DNA of 61,053 bases, filler included, from Dugesia japonica (GCA_001938525.1; 6 parts of 6 records of this genome joined end to end with filler, not necessarily neighbours in it); one strand, 5' to 3'. Positions 36,240 through 58,024 are shown, counted from the first letter of the whole stretch. Notes: generated by a model not told the origin, from the sequence alone. Made by a program: numbers and translations.

Positions 36240-38466
36240 TGTAAAGATTAAAAATTGAAATTGCAATTTAAAGTTTGAAGAAGAAAATGCTAAAAAGATT
36301 TCAAGAATTTTTTAAAAATATTTAAACAACTTTGTTTAAATAATCAGGCTTTAAAAAATAGTTTTAAAATTTGAAGATTTGAAATTTCATTAATAAAAAT
36401 TTTGTTTACTTAAATGAACTTTTCAGAAAGTTTATCAGTAACTAACATGGTGACTAACACTTCAATGAACCTCATTCGAGAAGCCCTACACTCTTGAATT
36501 TACCTACATAATGACGATATTGAACAGTTTATCAATGGATGAACCAAATACTGTATGTATTGGTGTAAAGAAAAAAGATAAAAACCTCTTTGTGGTTGGC
36601 TTAATTGATAGATAATTAAGACAAGCATATGAATGTCAAGATGAATTATTAGATTTTGAGGATCGACTAAAGAAAGCGTTCCACGAAAAGACTACTGGAG
36701 GAAGCTTTAAAATACAAGAGAACGGATGAACACGTTTATGTGTACAAAATAAGGTTTTTAAAGAAGAAATGACAAAAGAATTAATATTCATTAATTGCCG
36801 TAATAAAAGGATACAAATAAAAATTAAAGGAGGAAAATTAACTAACTCGGAAGAGATATTTAAAACAATAAAAACAAATGATGAACCTAAAAGAAACGGA
36901 CAGGATAAATACGGTAGAGAGTTACACCAATGCAGTAAAAAGAGGCATGACAAAAGAACGTTTCTTAGGAGTAAACCGAACTTAAAGTGAATCTAAAAAG
37001 AAATTACATGTTGGTAATGTCAGAAGATTAGTCATATCAGCAGAAGTTGTCCCGAAAAGAAAAGAACATGTTACACACGCGGATCAGAGAATCATTTAAG
37101 AAAAAGTTGTTAAAACATTAGATGTTTAAGATGTCGAAAAAATGGACATCATACAGAACAATGTTACAATAATTTGGAGACAGAAAGTGTGTGGACTAAT
37201 GAGAGAAGACAGCAGAATAACGAACAAAGAAATGAAGCAGCACTATACAGCCGAATAGAGGAAACAAAGAGAAACAATAACAGATTCCCAAATTAAAGTG
37301 GGATGAATTTAGGAAAAGAGACAGCAATAGATATGTAAACGCAATGGTAAAAAAAGATGAGGAGTACATAAAGAGAGGAGATAATATTTATTATTACGAT
37401 GAGGAGACAAACAGCTATTGAGAAGAGACCCCAAACAGACAAGCTCCATCCAAAGTCGAGATGATTGGAACAATGAACTAAAAAACAATCCAGATCGCGA
37501 TATACATATGTATAGTAAAATTAGTTTATTCAAAAGTATAAAAGATGAAAGTAAAAAGGAAAGAGTACACAGAAAGGCTTAAAGAGTCGAAAGTAATATA
37601 TTGAAAACAAGTGATTTGAAAATTTGAAATCCAATAGAGAAAAGAATATCAATGATCAAAGAGATACATAAATTATTAATACATACAGGAACAGAAAAAT
37701 GATCAGCTACATAATCAGCAACTACGAGATTGAAGAACTGAAGAAGACAATCACAGGCGAGATAAGACAGTGTTAAGCGTGCCAAAAGAACAAAGCTAAT
37801 ACTGTGGCAACAAAAGAGACAACAATAAAATTAAGCGCAAATTGTTCGAGACAATTTGATAAAACTAGAAACTAGAACAAAAGAAAATGAAGGATACGCT
37901 GGCTCATACAAGATCACGGAGAAGGTCCATGAGAGAAGATATCGTTTACGAAATGCAAATGGAAAAGTGTTAGAAAGGAACGTAGAAAAGCTTGAAAAAT
38001 TCTTTTAATCAAGTTGGATGAAAGGATTAAAAATTTAAATTGCAATTTAAAGTTTGAAGAAGAAAATGCTAAAAAGATTTCAAGAATTTTTTAAAACTAT
38101 TTAAACAACTTTGTTTAAATATTCAGCTTTTAAAAAATATTGTTTTACAATTGGAATTATTACGAGAATAATTAGTGAAAAAAACCATTGATCGTTTTAC
38201 AGAATTAAATATTTGTTTTTTTATTGATATTTGATAACAATTCGATATTTCGACTTTGTTTTCTTCGGGAATTGACTTTTCCGAATAAAGCAAAGTCGAA
38301 ATATCGAATTGTTATCAAATATCAATAAAAAAAAAACTTTTGACCGAAGCTTTTATTTTAAATGAATTCTTTAAAAAATAGTTTTAAGATTTGAAGATTT
38401 GAAATTTTATAAATAAAATTTTGTTGACTTTAATGGACTTTTCAGAAAGTTTATCAGAAACTAACA
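36240..38466 (+). mobile_element. Internally deleted Gypsy element with two ~210-bp LTRs (36240-36447; 38019-38466 split by an insertion)
   Basis: LTR pair TG...ACTAACA; PBS-like TGGTGAC at 36448; degenerate gag with three CCHC knuckles (~37005-37165). Confidence 0.85.
38140..38370. mobile_element. Foldback/MITE-like palindrome nested in the 3' LTR
   Basis: Near-perfect hairpin 38216-38336; flanked by duplicated TTTAAAAAATA. Confidence 0.75.
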
Positions 38467-38559
38467 ATTTCATTTTATCGCTTAAAATTTATCTTTTTCA
38501 AAATTAGGTTTCGTTATTATCAAAATATTATCTTTATTTCAACTCTGAAGACTTAAATT

Positions 38560-39050
38560 ATTTTTTGAAATTTTAAGGATTTTTATGAATTGGTTCCTCA
38601 CTTGGGGCACCAGTTTTGTTTAGATGTATTTAGGATTTCGCAAAGGCAAATAAAAGATTTTTTACGTGAGCTCAAATGAGTTTTTTAAAAATGAAATTTC
38701 ATTAGCGTTTACTTATAAATATCTCAATAACTGTTTCCTTATATCTTAATATCTTTAATATATAAAATAATGTTCGTATAAATACTCTATTTCAATAATA
38801 GAGGAAAAATCAAACAATCTAAAAAGAAGGTGTATAATATATTCGGATTTATGAATGAGCTCTAGTGTCGACAATTGCATGTAATTTCCATTTATACTCT
38901 CTACGTCTTCTTTACATCTTTTAACGGCTAATGTGACAACGATGTTCTGTGTCTCATAATATCAGCGGTCATAATTTCTACATTTCCCCTAATTTTCGAT
39001 CCTCAAATAAGCTATAATTCTACATTTCTCAACCTTTTGGTTCTCAATTG
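38560..39050 (+). mobile_element. Degenerate integrase remnant
   Basis: Traces of FG..LVSDN..F and AYNST motifs. Confidence 0.35.
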
Positions 39051-39681
39051 NCTTTGACACCGCTTTTGCCGTTTTAGTTCATCAATGTGACTGAGACCAT
39101 TTTTAGATCTTTCATCATTTTGTCTACAGTTGACCGCATTAATTCTTACATCTTCCATCATTTTTGCTGCAATAATCCTAACACCCTTTATCATTTAGGT
39201 CTTTCGATTTAACCGTGATAAATTTTACATCTTTATCGATTTTGCATTTCAATTTAGCCATAACAATTTTTACTTTAATATTTCAGCTCCAGAATCGTCA
39301 ATGAGTCTTTATTTTACTTCAGCTCCGGATTAAAATTCGGTTTAAGATACTACTTCAACACTCTATTAGCAATTTGATTTTAAAATTCTTTATTTCATTT
39401 CGTGGATAAACTATTTGTCCTGTAGTTTTATTTTAGTTGTACAGTCATCAATCCTTTAATCGGAGTCACTCAGATTAGTATTAATTAATTAAGATAATGT
39501 TAAAATTGCTTGATATAATATCCTTGTTAATGATATAGACTGCAATAATAGTATCCTCGTTACTGATATTGATTGTGATAAACTTGGCAATAGAGAAATT
39601 TAATGCGATAAACAAACTTTTTCAAGTAACTAACTTTCAGTGCATCTGTAATCGCTTTTTATTATATCCCGGGTTGATGAT

Positions 39682-41100
39682 TGATTGGTGCTACCCCAAT
39701 TTCCAATCATTCATCGCCGGCCATTGCACATAATTTTGACTTCAACATATAGAGTGGTGTGCAAATCTATTCTCTCACATGCTTGTTCAATCACATCCTG
39801 GTTTGTTTATCGTTTCGCAGTATGTATGTTCTTGGGCTTCAAGGTTTTTGATGTTCTCTCTCTTATTTCCATCTTTTCTTGATCTATTTCATTCTTATCC
39901 ATGATATATGTCTTCTAAGGGTAGATATGCAGGAGCCGACAGAAATTTGTCTATACCTCGTGTGCTGATCGCGCACCTCGTAATTCATGTGGGACTATGT
40001 GGTATCCCGTCTTTGAGAAAGTCAAATATTGTTGAGTTTTGCTCATATTTCCTAGATTTTACTTTATTTTCACTAGTGTATTTTCATGTTAAATAAGTCG
40101 GAATTGACACTGTTACGAAGATTTATTAATGTATAGACAAACTATGGAGATTTGAAAATCGTCTTTTCCGTGATGACTCAATCTGGTTCCGCAGTTCTTT
40201 TTCCTTCATATTCCTTCAAAAGTGTTTTTAAATTAGCAAATACTGCGACTTCCCAGTGTGTATAGGACTTGATGATATCAGCTAACATTTGGCTATTGTT
40301 GATTCTGACTCTGATCTCATTTCGATTTCTATTTCCCTGATAAATCGTGGTTCATTTAAATTTAATTTCTTCAACCGCAACTCATTTGATTCTCATTTTG
40401 CTTNGCTTTATTTGACAGCCTTTCATTCAATTATAATTTAACTGCATTTCATTTGATTTTGTTTTCGTTCAACAATATTTCATTTGAGTCTCATTTCAAT
40501 TTAACAGTACTTCATTTGAGCTCGTTTCAATTTAACCGCATTTCTTGTGAACTCATTTTACTTTCACCAAATTTCATTTGCTCTCGTTAACCATATTTGT
40601 TTCTCATTTAACAGCATTTCATTTAATTTGTTTCTCTTTNNNNNNNNNNNNNNNNNNNNNNNNNNNNNNNNNNNNNNNNNNNNNNNNNNNNNNNNNNNNN
40701 NNNNNNNNNNNNNNNNNAATTTAACTCAATCGGTTTTGCTGGCGGATGATCTCAGACTCGCATGTTCTTGACATTGCAAAAGTTTACTTTGTTGATTCCT
40801 TTCTTGTCTTGAATAGAGTTTGATTCCTGGAAATAATTCTTTAGAAAATTTCCAAAACTTCACTCTTTAATGTCTGAAAGATTTCTCAATTTCTGTCTTT
40901 TGTGTTTTTTGATGTCTTTTATAGTAAATGATTTCCAAGTGTATCTTGCTGTTATAGATGTTCATCTACTCATAAATCACTGCTGTGTTTTTTTTAGTTT
41001 TTATTGCTTTTCTGGTATTAGAAATACATTGTTTATTGAATCTCTATCTCATACGCGTACATTTGCTACACCGCCACAGAAATCGCTGCTTCTTTGAATT
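39682..41100 (-). mobile_element. Copy E of cargo element family with expanded coiled-coil exon (boundaries approximate)
   Basis: Conserved GGGACTATGTGGTATCCCGTCTT (39991-40013); minus peptide SQMLADIIKSYTHWEVAVFANLKTLL (~40170-40310) homologous to CC1; degenerate NEM-L repeats 40340-40640. Confidence 0.6.
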
Positions 41101-41916
41101 CAAATTTGAATCAATTTTTTTTGCTGTACTGGTTTACTAAATTTNNNNNNNNNNNNNNNNNNNNNNNNNNNNNNNNNNNNNNNNNNNNNNNNNNNNNNNN
41201 NNNNNNNNNNNNNNNNNNNNNNNNNNNNNNNNNNNNNNNNNNNNNNNNNNNNNNNNNNNNNNNNNNNNNNNNNNNNNNNNNNNNNNNNNNNNNNNNNNNN
41301 NNNNNNNNNNNNNNNNNNNNNNNNNNNNNNNNNNNNNNNNNNNNNNNNNNNNNNNNNNNNAATATTGACAATTTTTAATAATTATAAAAAAAATATTTTG
41401 TTTTAATTAGTTCTATTTTTATTATATTTATATATTAACATCATAATACTAACAGCATTAATAATTTTAATGATAATACTAATAATAATAATTATCCTTT
41501 ATTTTGATACTGATTTCATATTATCCATTTTAATAATTATATTTAATTTACTATAATGTTAATCACTGTATGTTATAATAATTATACTTCGTATAATTGT
41601 AAAATACTTCTATAACATGAATATCATACTCTTCGTTTCTAATTTTCTTTCTTACTCAAACCGTTTCTGTCTTTCTGATTTTCTTTTAATTCACAATTTA
41701 TTTCGGTTTGTCAAATTATTTGTTTTCATTACATTGTTTATTATTTCATTTCTTCTCTCAATTGACTATCATTTCTTAATTTCTCATTGGATTTATGGTC
41801 CAGTCTATTTATCTTTGTTTTATATGCTTGTTATTCATCATTTCAATCAAAGTACCAACTAAAAACGCAGGGATTAAGTTAATCCTCTTACGTCACTAGG
41901 GGAGGACCTACGTAAC

Positions 41917-41944
41917 TGTTCCAGTGCACTCATATCTATCTACT
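41917..41944 (-). mobile_element. Putative Polinton-type terminus AGTAGATAGATATGAGTGCACTGGAACA
   Basis: Matches the AGTAG-starting motifs at 51472 and 59809. Confidence 0.5.
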
Positions 41945-42180
41945 CTGGAGTAAATTAAAAACTAATTTCATTGGATGTGTTTAAAATTTACTGATTATTG
42001 AAGTACATCGTATTTGCAAAATTTTAATTTGTTAAATTTATCAAATGTTTGTCTAGATTGATGAAACTAGCTTACCATTGATGATACAAATTTTAAAATT
42101 GTGGGTGGTTTCTATTTTCAGAAACATTTAAAACTACTAAAATGATAACTTGATAAAATTGAATAGAATAAAGTTTTTCT

Positions 42181-42280
42181 NNNNNNNNNNNNNNNNNNNN
42201 NNNNNNNNNNNNNNNNNNNNNNNNTTAATTAATTAANNNNNNNNNNNNNNNNNNNNNNNNNNNNNNNNNNNNNNNNNNNN
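42181..42280. other. Artificial contig spacer
   Basis: N44-TTAATTAATTAA-N44. Confidence 0.97.
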
Positions 42281-42402
42281 TGGTATTATCAATAAATAAT
42301 ATGGTATTATCAATAAATATAGTATTATCAATAAATAATGTGGTATTATCAAAGCGAAAGAGAAAATATTTCAATGAATGAGATTTAAATTAAAAATCTC
42401 AC

Positions 42403-49453
<7,051 letters not shown>

Positions 49454-50069
49454 TTTTAAAAATATCTTTTTAAATGTATTAAACTTCACAACTAATTAAA
49501 TATAATAAAATAATATTATTATTGATAAAGTAATTTAAAAATAGGCTTCAAATTCTCTTTAAAAAAATTTTAAGTAACTATTATTTAAACAATTAAAAAC
49601 ATTAGGTGTTTGTGTGTGACAGTTTATAGAATTTTCTGAAAATGAAATCCCATTCATGTCGTTTAAATTTTAAAAATAAATGAGCTTTAAACTTTTTCTT
49701 ATATAAATTGTTTGATTAAATTTATAATTATTTTAAAAATTAAGATAGTTAATTTTATTTTTAATTGATGAAATTAAAAAACAGTAAATCTTGCCATATG
49801 GATTTTCATGCGCAATCATAACTTAGAAAATTTATAGTAACTTTAAATTAAGTCAAAAAATATCATGTATATATAAAACATTCTAGTTCTTGTATTCAGC
49901 AACGGATCCAGGAGTTTTTCATGGGGGAGGGGGCGTTTTCTAAAATTATAATATTTGTTTAATAGAAAAATTTTAAATAACACATTAATTTTTTTAAAGA
50001 AACATGCTTACATTCTTAATGAATAAGTGACTAGATATCAGATCAATTTTTTTCTCAGAAATTTTTCGT

Positions 50070-50720
50070 CAGTACACCCATACCTCGCTATACGGCATTT
50101 CGCTATAACGACCCTCTTCAATTATCTCACGTTTTCGATTTATGACCTAAAATGTTTCGCTATAACAGCAAAAAAAAATTTTTTCGATGTCGATATATCT
50201 ACATGTGCATGGAAATAAAAGATGAAGAAGCTACCGCCAATGAGGCCGCATTTAAGGAATATCCCAACATTTTAAAGGGTATTATTGAAAGAGGTGGTTA
50301 TAAACCTGAACAAGTGTTTAACGTAGAGCAAACAGGGCTTTATTGAAAGCGAATGCCTGATCGCACGTACATTTCAAACCCCAAAAAATCTGCCCCTGGT
50401 TATAAGGTGTTTAAAGAACGATTAACTTTGCTACTTGGTGCAAATGCCGTGGGTGATTTTATGCTATAACCACTTGTAACATATTTGTCCAAAAATCCAA
50501 GGACTGTTAAAGGACTAAAAAAAAATCAATTACCCGTCATATACAGCTACTTTTGAGGATTGGTTAGAAAATCACTTTTGTACAGAAGTGAAAAAATATT
50601 TGCGAGACAATAACTTAGGCAACAAGGCTTTCCTAATTTTGGATAATGCATCAGGCGATCCTACTAATTTATCCGAACTATCTGAAGATGTCATGATTGA
50701 GTACCTTCTGAAAAATACAA
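50070..50720 (+). mobile_element. Tigger/pogo transposase remnant (second family)
   Basis: GYKPEQVFNVEQTGLY*KRMPDRTYI, KERLTLLLGANAVGD, KAFLILDNASG; TIR-like ACCTCGCTATACGGC. Confidence 0.88.
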
Positions 50721-51471
50721 GATTAAAGATTATTGTGCATGATGTTTGTGTTAATGCAATTATTAACAAAGCTAAAAAACAAGCATTGGAGAAGCATAAT
50801 AAGTCATTGCTATCACTTGTACATACCAAAATGAAGAAATTAATGATAAACCTTTTGGATAAACAAATTAGTGACTTTATAGCTTCATTGGGTCTAGCAA
50901 ATTTTACATAAATAATGGTAACTTGGAATAATTGCAGCGAGTTTAGCTCAAACCTATATCAAATTTATATAAAATTTATTTAATGAACAGAATCTAAACT
51001 ATATGAACAAATCTGGACCAATTAGCGTACAGTCTGAACAAACTTATGTTGACAAAATTGTTAAATAAGAGCATTTAAATCTTTTGTTATTGATGAACTG
51101 TGGCAAACAAACACCAAATTATATGGAGTCGACCTATAAAGATTTGAAGATCGAGTCAAAATATCATCAATTTTCAAACTTTGTGCTACAAACTGAGATG
51201 GGAATTTATGAGATTCTCTGCCTGTTGTATGTTTCAGAATTTGTAGACACCGACTATTTCAAACTACTAGTAAAGAAATAGGAAGAAATTTGTCTGTTAT
51301 AACACTAAAATAAGTGCTTCTTAGTATAAAGCCATATTGTTGTTAGTGGATTTTACTATGTGTGTATTTACTATATTTTACTATGTGTCAAGTATTGGTT
51401 TGTTCATACGTGAACGTTGTAGCACGTCTGATCTCTAGACAACAGGTATTGTCCCGGGAGATAGTTCCATG

Positions 51472-52300
51472 AGTAAATAGATAATAGCGCACTAGATCAG
51501 TCCCTCCACAGACTAAGTGATCTAGTAATTTGAGTGATCCAGGAATGTAGAATTTTGATTGGTCGTTACGAATTAGGAATAAAAGAATTTTTGAATACGG
51601 GTTGTAACCGTCGAAGTTTTGCTCAGAAAGGTCAAAAATTCGAATTTTCGGTTCGACATTTTTTGGTCCATTTTTATTGTTGATATTGTTGAACTCAAAA
51701 TAAAATTCTGAACATTTCTTGAAAAGAGTTTGCTAGAAAAATATTTTTAGTTTCCAAGAAAAAGGTACAACCTTACTGGATCACTTGACCTTGATCTAGG
51801 AATTTCTCAGTCAAGATGTATTATATTGCTTCACAAATAAAACTTTTCGATTCAGAATAAAATTCAGAAGATATTTTGTATAGGGTTTACTGTGTAAATA
51901 TGCTTGGATCGAAATGTAGAAAATGACCAGGTGACATGTCAAGCCTGGGATAAAACATTACTTTTCGAGAAATACTTATGATAATCAAGTAAATTTGATA
52001 TTGTTGAACTCAAAATAAAATTCTGAACATTTCTTGAAAAGAGTTTGCTATTTAAAAATTTTTAGTTTCAAAGATAAAAGTACTAGCGCACTGGATCATT
52101 TGACCTTGATCTACGAAGTTCTCGGTAAAAACTTATTATATTCTTTTGCAAATGATACTATTTGATTGCGAATATAATTTAGAACATATTTTGTATAGGT
52201 GTATGTTTAAAAGATAGAAATTAATCACATACCATGCACCACATTGGATAAAAGAAATTGTTTACTCCGGAAATACTTATGATAATCAAACAAATTATAT
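51472..52300 (+). mobile_element. Putative Polinton-type terminus with 316-bp subterminal direct duplication (from ~51681 and ~51997)
   Basis: Starts AGTAAATAGATAATAGCGCACTAGATCA; TGATATTGTTGAACTCAAAATAAAATTCTGAACATTTCTTG occurs twice. Confidence 0.5.
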
Positions 52301-52465
52301 ATGAAGCGAGCCTGTTCTATATTTAAATTTTATATCTAAACTGTTGAAATAATTAATCCAGGTTTGGAACTGCGATGTAATTGGCTTCTTGGTATTTAGC
52401 ATAAAATTGATGGCTTTATTGTATGTTCTGAGGATAAATCTCTTCCCGTATAAGTATTGTTTGAA
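52300..52465 (-). mobile_element. Gypsy RNase H fragment
   Basis: FKQYLYGKRFILRTYNKAINFMLNTKKPITSQFQTWINYFNSLDIKFKYRTG. Confidence 0.85.
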
Positions 52466-52565
52466 NNNNNNNNNNNNNNNNNNNNNNNNNNNNNNNNNNN
52501 NNNNNNNNNTTAATTAATTAANNNNNNNNNNNNNNNNNNNNNNNNNNNNNNNNNNNNNNNNNNNN
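52466..52565. other. Artificial contig spacer
   Basis: N44-TTAATTAATTAA-N44. Confidence 0.97.
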
Positions 52566-54649
52566 AAAGTTCAAAGTAGAATCATATAATTCAATAATAT
52601 TGTCAAGCACAGAATATTGTTAACTTTGTAAATGATTATTATAAGGTACATGCGGTATTGGTTTGTTTTTGAATTGTCTCGTTTGACTTGAAAGCGCCTG
52701 ATTATTTTCTTTGATTGTTCATTGTCAAAATCATGATTGTTTTGGATTGAGAATGATTGACCATTTATGGTTATGTTGATGTTATATATTTGGTGGNNNN
52801 NNNNNNNNNNNNNNNNNNNNNNNNNNNNNNNNNNNNNNNNNNNNNNNNNNNNNNNNNNNNNNNNNNNNNNNNNNNNNNNNNNNNNNNNNNNNNNNNNNNN
52901 NNNNNNNNNNNNNNNNNNNNNNTTTTAATGATCATTTTATTAATTTTGGTAAATAAATTACTGGAAAAATATTAATCTACATTTTAAAATAATATTCATA
53001 CATAATATTATAATTTAATACATAATTATCCGGTACTATCATAAAACTTTTAATTAAAACTTTATTTTGTTAATTTATTATATAATTGAACTATTGTGAA
53101 TTATTTAATTAATTAATTAGCCCAGATAAACAAACTAAATATTTAGTAAATTATTAGATTTTCATTTTAGATTTTATAATTATGAAAATTAAAAAAATAT
53201 TAAAATAATAAAATATTTAATTTTATCGGAATATTTTATGTAAAAAGTGAATATCGAAAAAAATTAATTATTTTTGTAAAGTTTACTNGCTTTGCTGAAT
53301 CAATTTATATGTATATATGTAGCNGATAGCAATAGAGTATAAATACTATTGCATTTTAATGTATTTTCACCCTTAGTAAAACTCGTAAAACAGTTTTCAA
53401 TTTTTGTTATTGAACAACTGAGAGTCAAAATATTATCTTGTTAAATTGAATTTGTAATTGAGTTTAATTTGTTATACTAATATAAATTTTCTAAGTAAAT
53501 ATTTTTGTTTAATTGAATAAGTTCGACTATATAGTATCTTTATATAATATCAATATACCTATAATAAACATATTAAGGTCATTTAAAGATAACCTATAAT
53601 GAGGCCTATTTGGATTGTTAATTCTATAAAATTGTTATTAAATTGTTATTTTGGCAACAATCTCTAAAGTATCTCAATAATTAGTTGAATTGAAATTTTT
53701 TACCGGACACTAAACTTTTGAGTTTATTTGTAGGTTTTATTAAAGGCTTATATATGTATAATATATTTATAAATTGTTTTATTTAAATTATTAGGTTAAG
53801 AAATTGCCTTTTTGTTTTATTATTTATATGAAATTGTTAAAATAATTTCTAGTAATTAAAGAGTTTTCAAGAAAATCTATCAAATAGAAAACCACAGTTT
53901 GAACAAATAAAGAAATGGCAAAAAAATAAATCTTTCATAGAAATAATGTCGAAACGCAATAAAAATGCAATTAAGAAAATGTAAATCGGTGATGCAGGTC
54001 CTCTAAAATATGAAGATTTGTATATAAATCTGGAAGAAAAAGCATTAACAAAACTGTTTTGCATTCTGAAATCCAGTCTATAATGGAAAATGATTGGAAA
54101 ATTGCACATCTTTAGCAAATAAAGATGTCAAGAAAAATTAACAAAAAACTTATTTAGCTGCTCTATCTTTGCAGAGAGATAAAGATAGCAGGATTGGCAT
54201 AAAAAGAATTAAAAGACTTCAATTTTAAGACGGGATACAACCTATAATCTCTAATAGGCAAGCAAGCTATGCAAATATTTTAGAATTAAGATCAAAAAGA
54301 ACATTAATTTTAGANNNGTANNATTTCACTTATTGAAAATGTTTTCTCCTGTATCAAATCAAAGCTTATTTGCATAAGACCTACACCAATAACAAAAAAA
54401 AGTTTAAAATCTAACATTGAACATGTTATTTTGAAATTAAGATATTTGGAAAATTTTTATTTTAATATGTGGGAAATAGTAAATAAGATCATTATTGCTG
54501 AAATTTAATTAACAGTAAAATAGTAATTTTTCAAATTCTACATGTTTTTGGAATTATTACATTTACTTTTGAAATTTATACTTTTTTATGAAATGTAACA
54601 TAAAAGAAATTTAATATAAGATTTGTGTTTTGAACAAATAAGTTCAGTT

Positions 54650-55720
54650 TATTTTGACAAAAGATTTCTAAGCTCTTTATCAATATTTGCCATACGTTTG
54701 TTTCTTTGATATAATTATTTTGAGTGTCAAAAATCAAATTCTCAAAGATATGATTGACCAAATGGCAGCAATGTCACAACAAAATTCAAACTTAATTCTT
54801 GGTAGTCATTGTGATTGTAGATTTAGAATTTCTTCTCGAAAAATGACTTCATTAAAGAGATTGGTTTTGAGAATTTTGATACTTTCCTGCTCAATAGATG
54901 GCAATTTTTCTCAGTTGTTTCAACATAAGAATTCGTAACCCGTAATTCCTTCATTTTATTGAATTCCAGAAAATAATGTTTGAATCTAGCTTAAAGATTT
55001 TGCAGTGTAGCAATGACATCACATGAAGTTTTGAATTTTTTTTATAATGGACCGAGACAATGAAAGCAACTACGTTGCTTTTTCAGAGCTTTTACAACTA
55101 TATTCTTTCATAAAAGTATCTCAATTTTCCAAGTATTATTAAATTTCTTTCGTTCAATTGTTTAATACTAACGTTTATTGAATTCAACTTTTTAAGAATG
55201 TCATTCAGAAATATCACTTCCAACCCTTACATGCCAAATGTTTATATTTTGAAATGTATCTTGATGACAGTCAAAGTACGATGAAATGTATGTTTTCAAA
55301 AATGTGAATCTTGAGATACCTTCTGCTTTAGATAACTAAAGCACTTCTGTGTAATGAAGATAACATATGAAACTCACACAATGATCCAAAAATACTCAAA
55401 CATAATGCACTTAGCTTGAAGTAGTAAAGATTTTTCAAAACATCGTTCATCATAATTTTGAGTTCATTGGGCCAATATTTCGACTTCAATAGTTATCAGA
55501 AGATCATGCAATGCTTCAATTAAACCACAGAATTTGGTTCTATAACATAAATGACAAATTCTTAGTGATAAACATGCACTGGATGACCTTCATCCATATA
55601 AATATTGATGCAGTATTCCAAATACATTGATATTGACTTACATTTTGCATCTAGTAAATCGAAAATGATTCTACAAGTTTTGGCTTACTTCAAATCATTA
55701 CAAAAATGTTTTCATTAATG
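54650..55720 (-). mobile_element. Degenerate hAT (Buster/ZBED5-like) transposase
   Basis: YTEVL*LSKAEGISRF corresponds to the HTEVRWLS.G.VL.RF motif; KHCMI corresponds to HC.IH. Confidence 0.65.
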
Positions 55721-56109
55721 ATCTTGCTATTCTTCATGATCATTTTAAAGGGGAGCAGTTGTGCCTTATACTTGGGCAATAAATTAGTATCAATGAAATT
55801 AATAACAAAAACAACAAAGTTAAGTTTCGTAAATATCATTTATTGGTCTGGTTGATCAGTAAACAAAAACAATAAATAGAGCCATATAAACATTTAAAAC
55901 TAAAGAAATGGTATGCTTAGACAATCATGACTGTCTCATTTAAATTTTCATAATATATGAAAAGTTCACTTATTANNNNNNNNNNNNNNNNNNNNNNNNN
56001 NNNNNNNNNNNNNNNNNNCTACTGGTTGAATAACACTGATATACATAATTCTACTTTTTAATTGTAGAAATATTTACTCCAACTCAACCGATAAAAATAC
56101 TATGTGATA

Positions 56110-57715
56110 GGATCCACTCTCGAGTATTAACTCTTGATTCAAAGTGATAGCAATATTAATGATTTAAAACAATTCGAATTATTTTTAAATATAAGAATAA
56201 TAGTTTATACTCTTAATAATAACGAGTCAATCATATACAGTGAAAATGATTTATTCGAGAAAGAAACATTTATATATTTAGAGAATAATTATTTCAATGC
56301 TATTGCTAAAATATCAGCATACTTACAGTCAAATAAATATTGTCATGATTGTTTAATAGGTTTTCAAAATCAACATACATGCCCAACGGGATTACTGTTA
56401 TCGAGGAGGAAAATTGCGAAATGTAATGATTGTGGCAGGGAATATTCGAAACAATATAAACAAAGTTGTCGTCAAAAGAATTGCCTTGTATGTTCTGAAT
56501 TTTATACGCCACCATTCAATAATCACAAGTGTTATATTAAAAATAATGGCGACAAATTTAAAATTAGCTGTTCTTATATCTTCTTTGATTTTGAAGCAAC
56601 GCAAGAAAATAGAGGTTATCACGAGATGAACTANGCAATTGAATATGATTCACTAAGAAAAGTATTTTATAAATTTCAATTAAATATTGTAACTATATTT
56701 AAAATAATTACCAAAGCAACTAATGATGAAAAGAGAGAAGAAATGAATTGGAAATTAGATGAATTAAATGTTAATAATATATTGGCTAAGAGCGTAGAGA
56801 TAAATTAAATAATTATAAATGATTCAATATCCTTAATAGATACTTTCTACAAATTCTTTATAAGCATGACTGTTAAAGATTTTACCTTTATAGCTCATTA
56901 TTCCAAAGGATACCATACCATATGAATTTAATGGTTGTTATTTTCATGGATGTTTAAATTGTTATTCGAAAGAAGAAATATGCAAGAAAGGGAGTAAGAC
57001 AATGGAGTATTTAAATAATAGAACTCAAATGAAAAAGAATAATATCATTAAATATTTTAATGATAGAAGGGAGAAAGTCGAATATATGACTATGTGGGAA
57101 TGTGAGTATCAAAGATATTTATTAGAGAATCCTCATTTTAAAAATTTTAAGCCAGATATATCGCTAAATAAACTAAGGTCTAAAGATGCTTTTTAAGGAG
57201 GAAGAACAGAACCATTTAAATTATATTATAAAGCTACTAATAATCAAAAGATTAGATATGTTGATGTAGTTTCATTATACCCGAATGTTAATAAATATGA
57301 CGAATATCCGATAGATCATCCACAAATATTATTTAATGCCATCCTTGTAGAATATTTAAGCCTAAATAATCTTTTGGTCACAATTAAAAAAAATAGTTTG
57401 ATCACAATTTGAAAATGATAGGCCCTATTTTGGTTTAATTAAATGTAAAATGATGCCTCCTCAAAATTTATATTTGCCTGGATTACTTTCTAAGCAGGAA
57501 ACAATAAATGCTCATAAATTATTATTTGGATTATGTAAAACATGTATGAATAAAATAAACACGAAAATATTTATAAGACAAAACAATTTATGGCATGTTT
57601 TAATTTTAGAAATGCTCCGTGTATTCATAATGATGAAGAAAGATGTATAATAGTAACTTTGTCAACAATTGAAGTAAATAAAGCTTTAAACAAAGGATAT
57701 ATATATTATTGAATA
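56110..57715 (+). pseudogene. Polinton/Maverick protein-primed family B DNA polymerase remnant
   Basis: Cys-rich N-terminal region, YIFFDFEATQ (exo I), MWECEY, DAF*GGRTE, YVDVVSLYP, FGLIKCK..PP..LY.P.L, EVNKALNKGY. Confidence 0.92.
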
Positions 57716-58024
57716 TATTGGGCTGCTAGGCTTTTGATGTTGTTTTAATATTATTTATATTGATCTTTCTTTTTAATCTCTTGATCATCATTATCTCTTT
57801 TCTAAGATATCATTTCTGTCTGGGGGGATGATACCTAACAATCACAGAAATTTCCGGTGCTCTCTCTAGCAACACGATCCCTTTTCCCCGGATTCAGCGG
57901 GACTATGCTGTATCCCGTCTTAGGTATTCAATTTCTATCCGGCTCCTGTTTTTACAATTAAACCTCATTAATCAATTAACTTATGTTATAATCAAAAATC
58001 TGAAAATACACTCGATACAAAATT

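Noticed and set aside
54226-54240. AAGACGGGATACA matching the cargo-element hairpin motif
   Set aside because: Only a 13-nt partial match with no other family homology nearby
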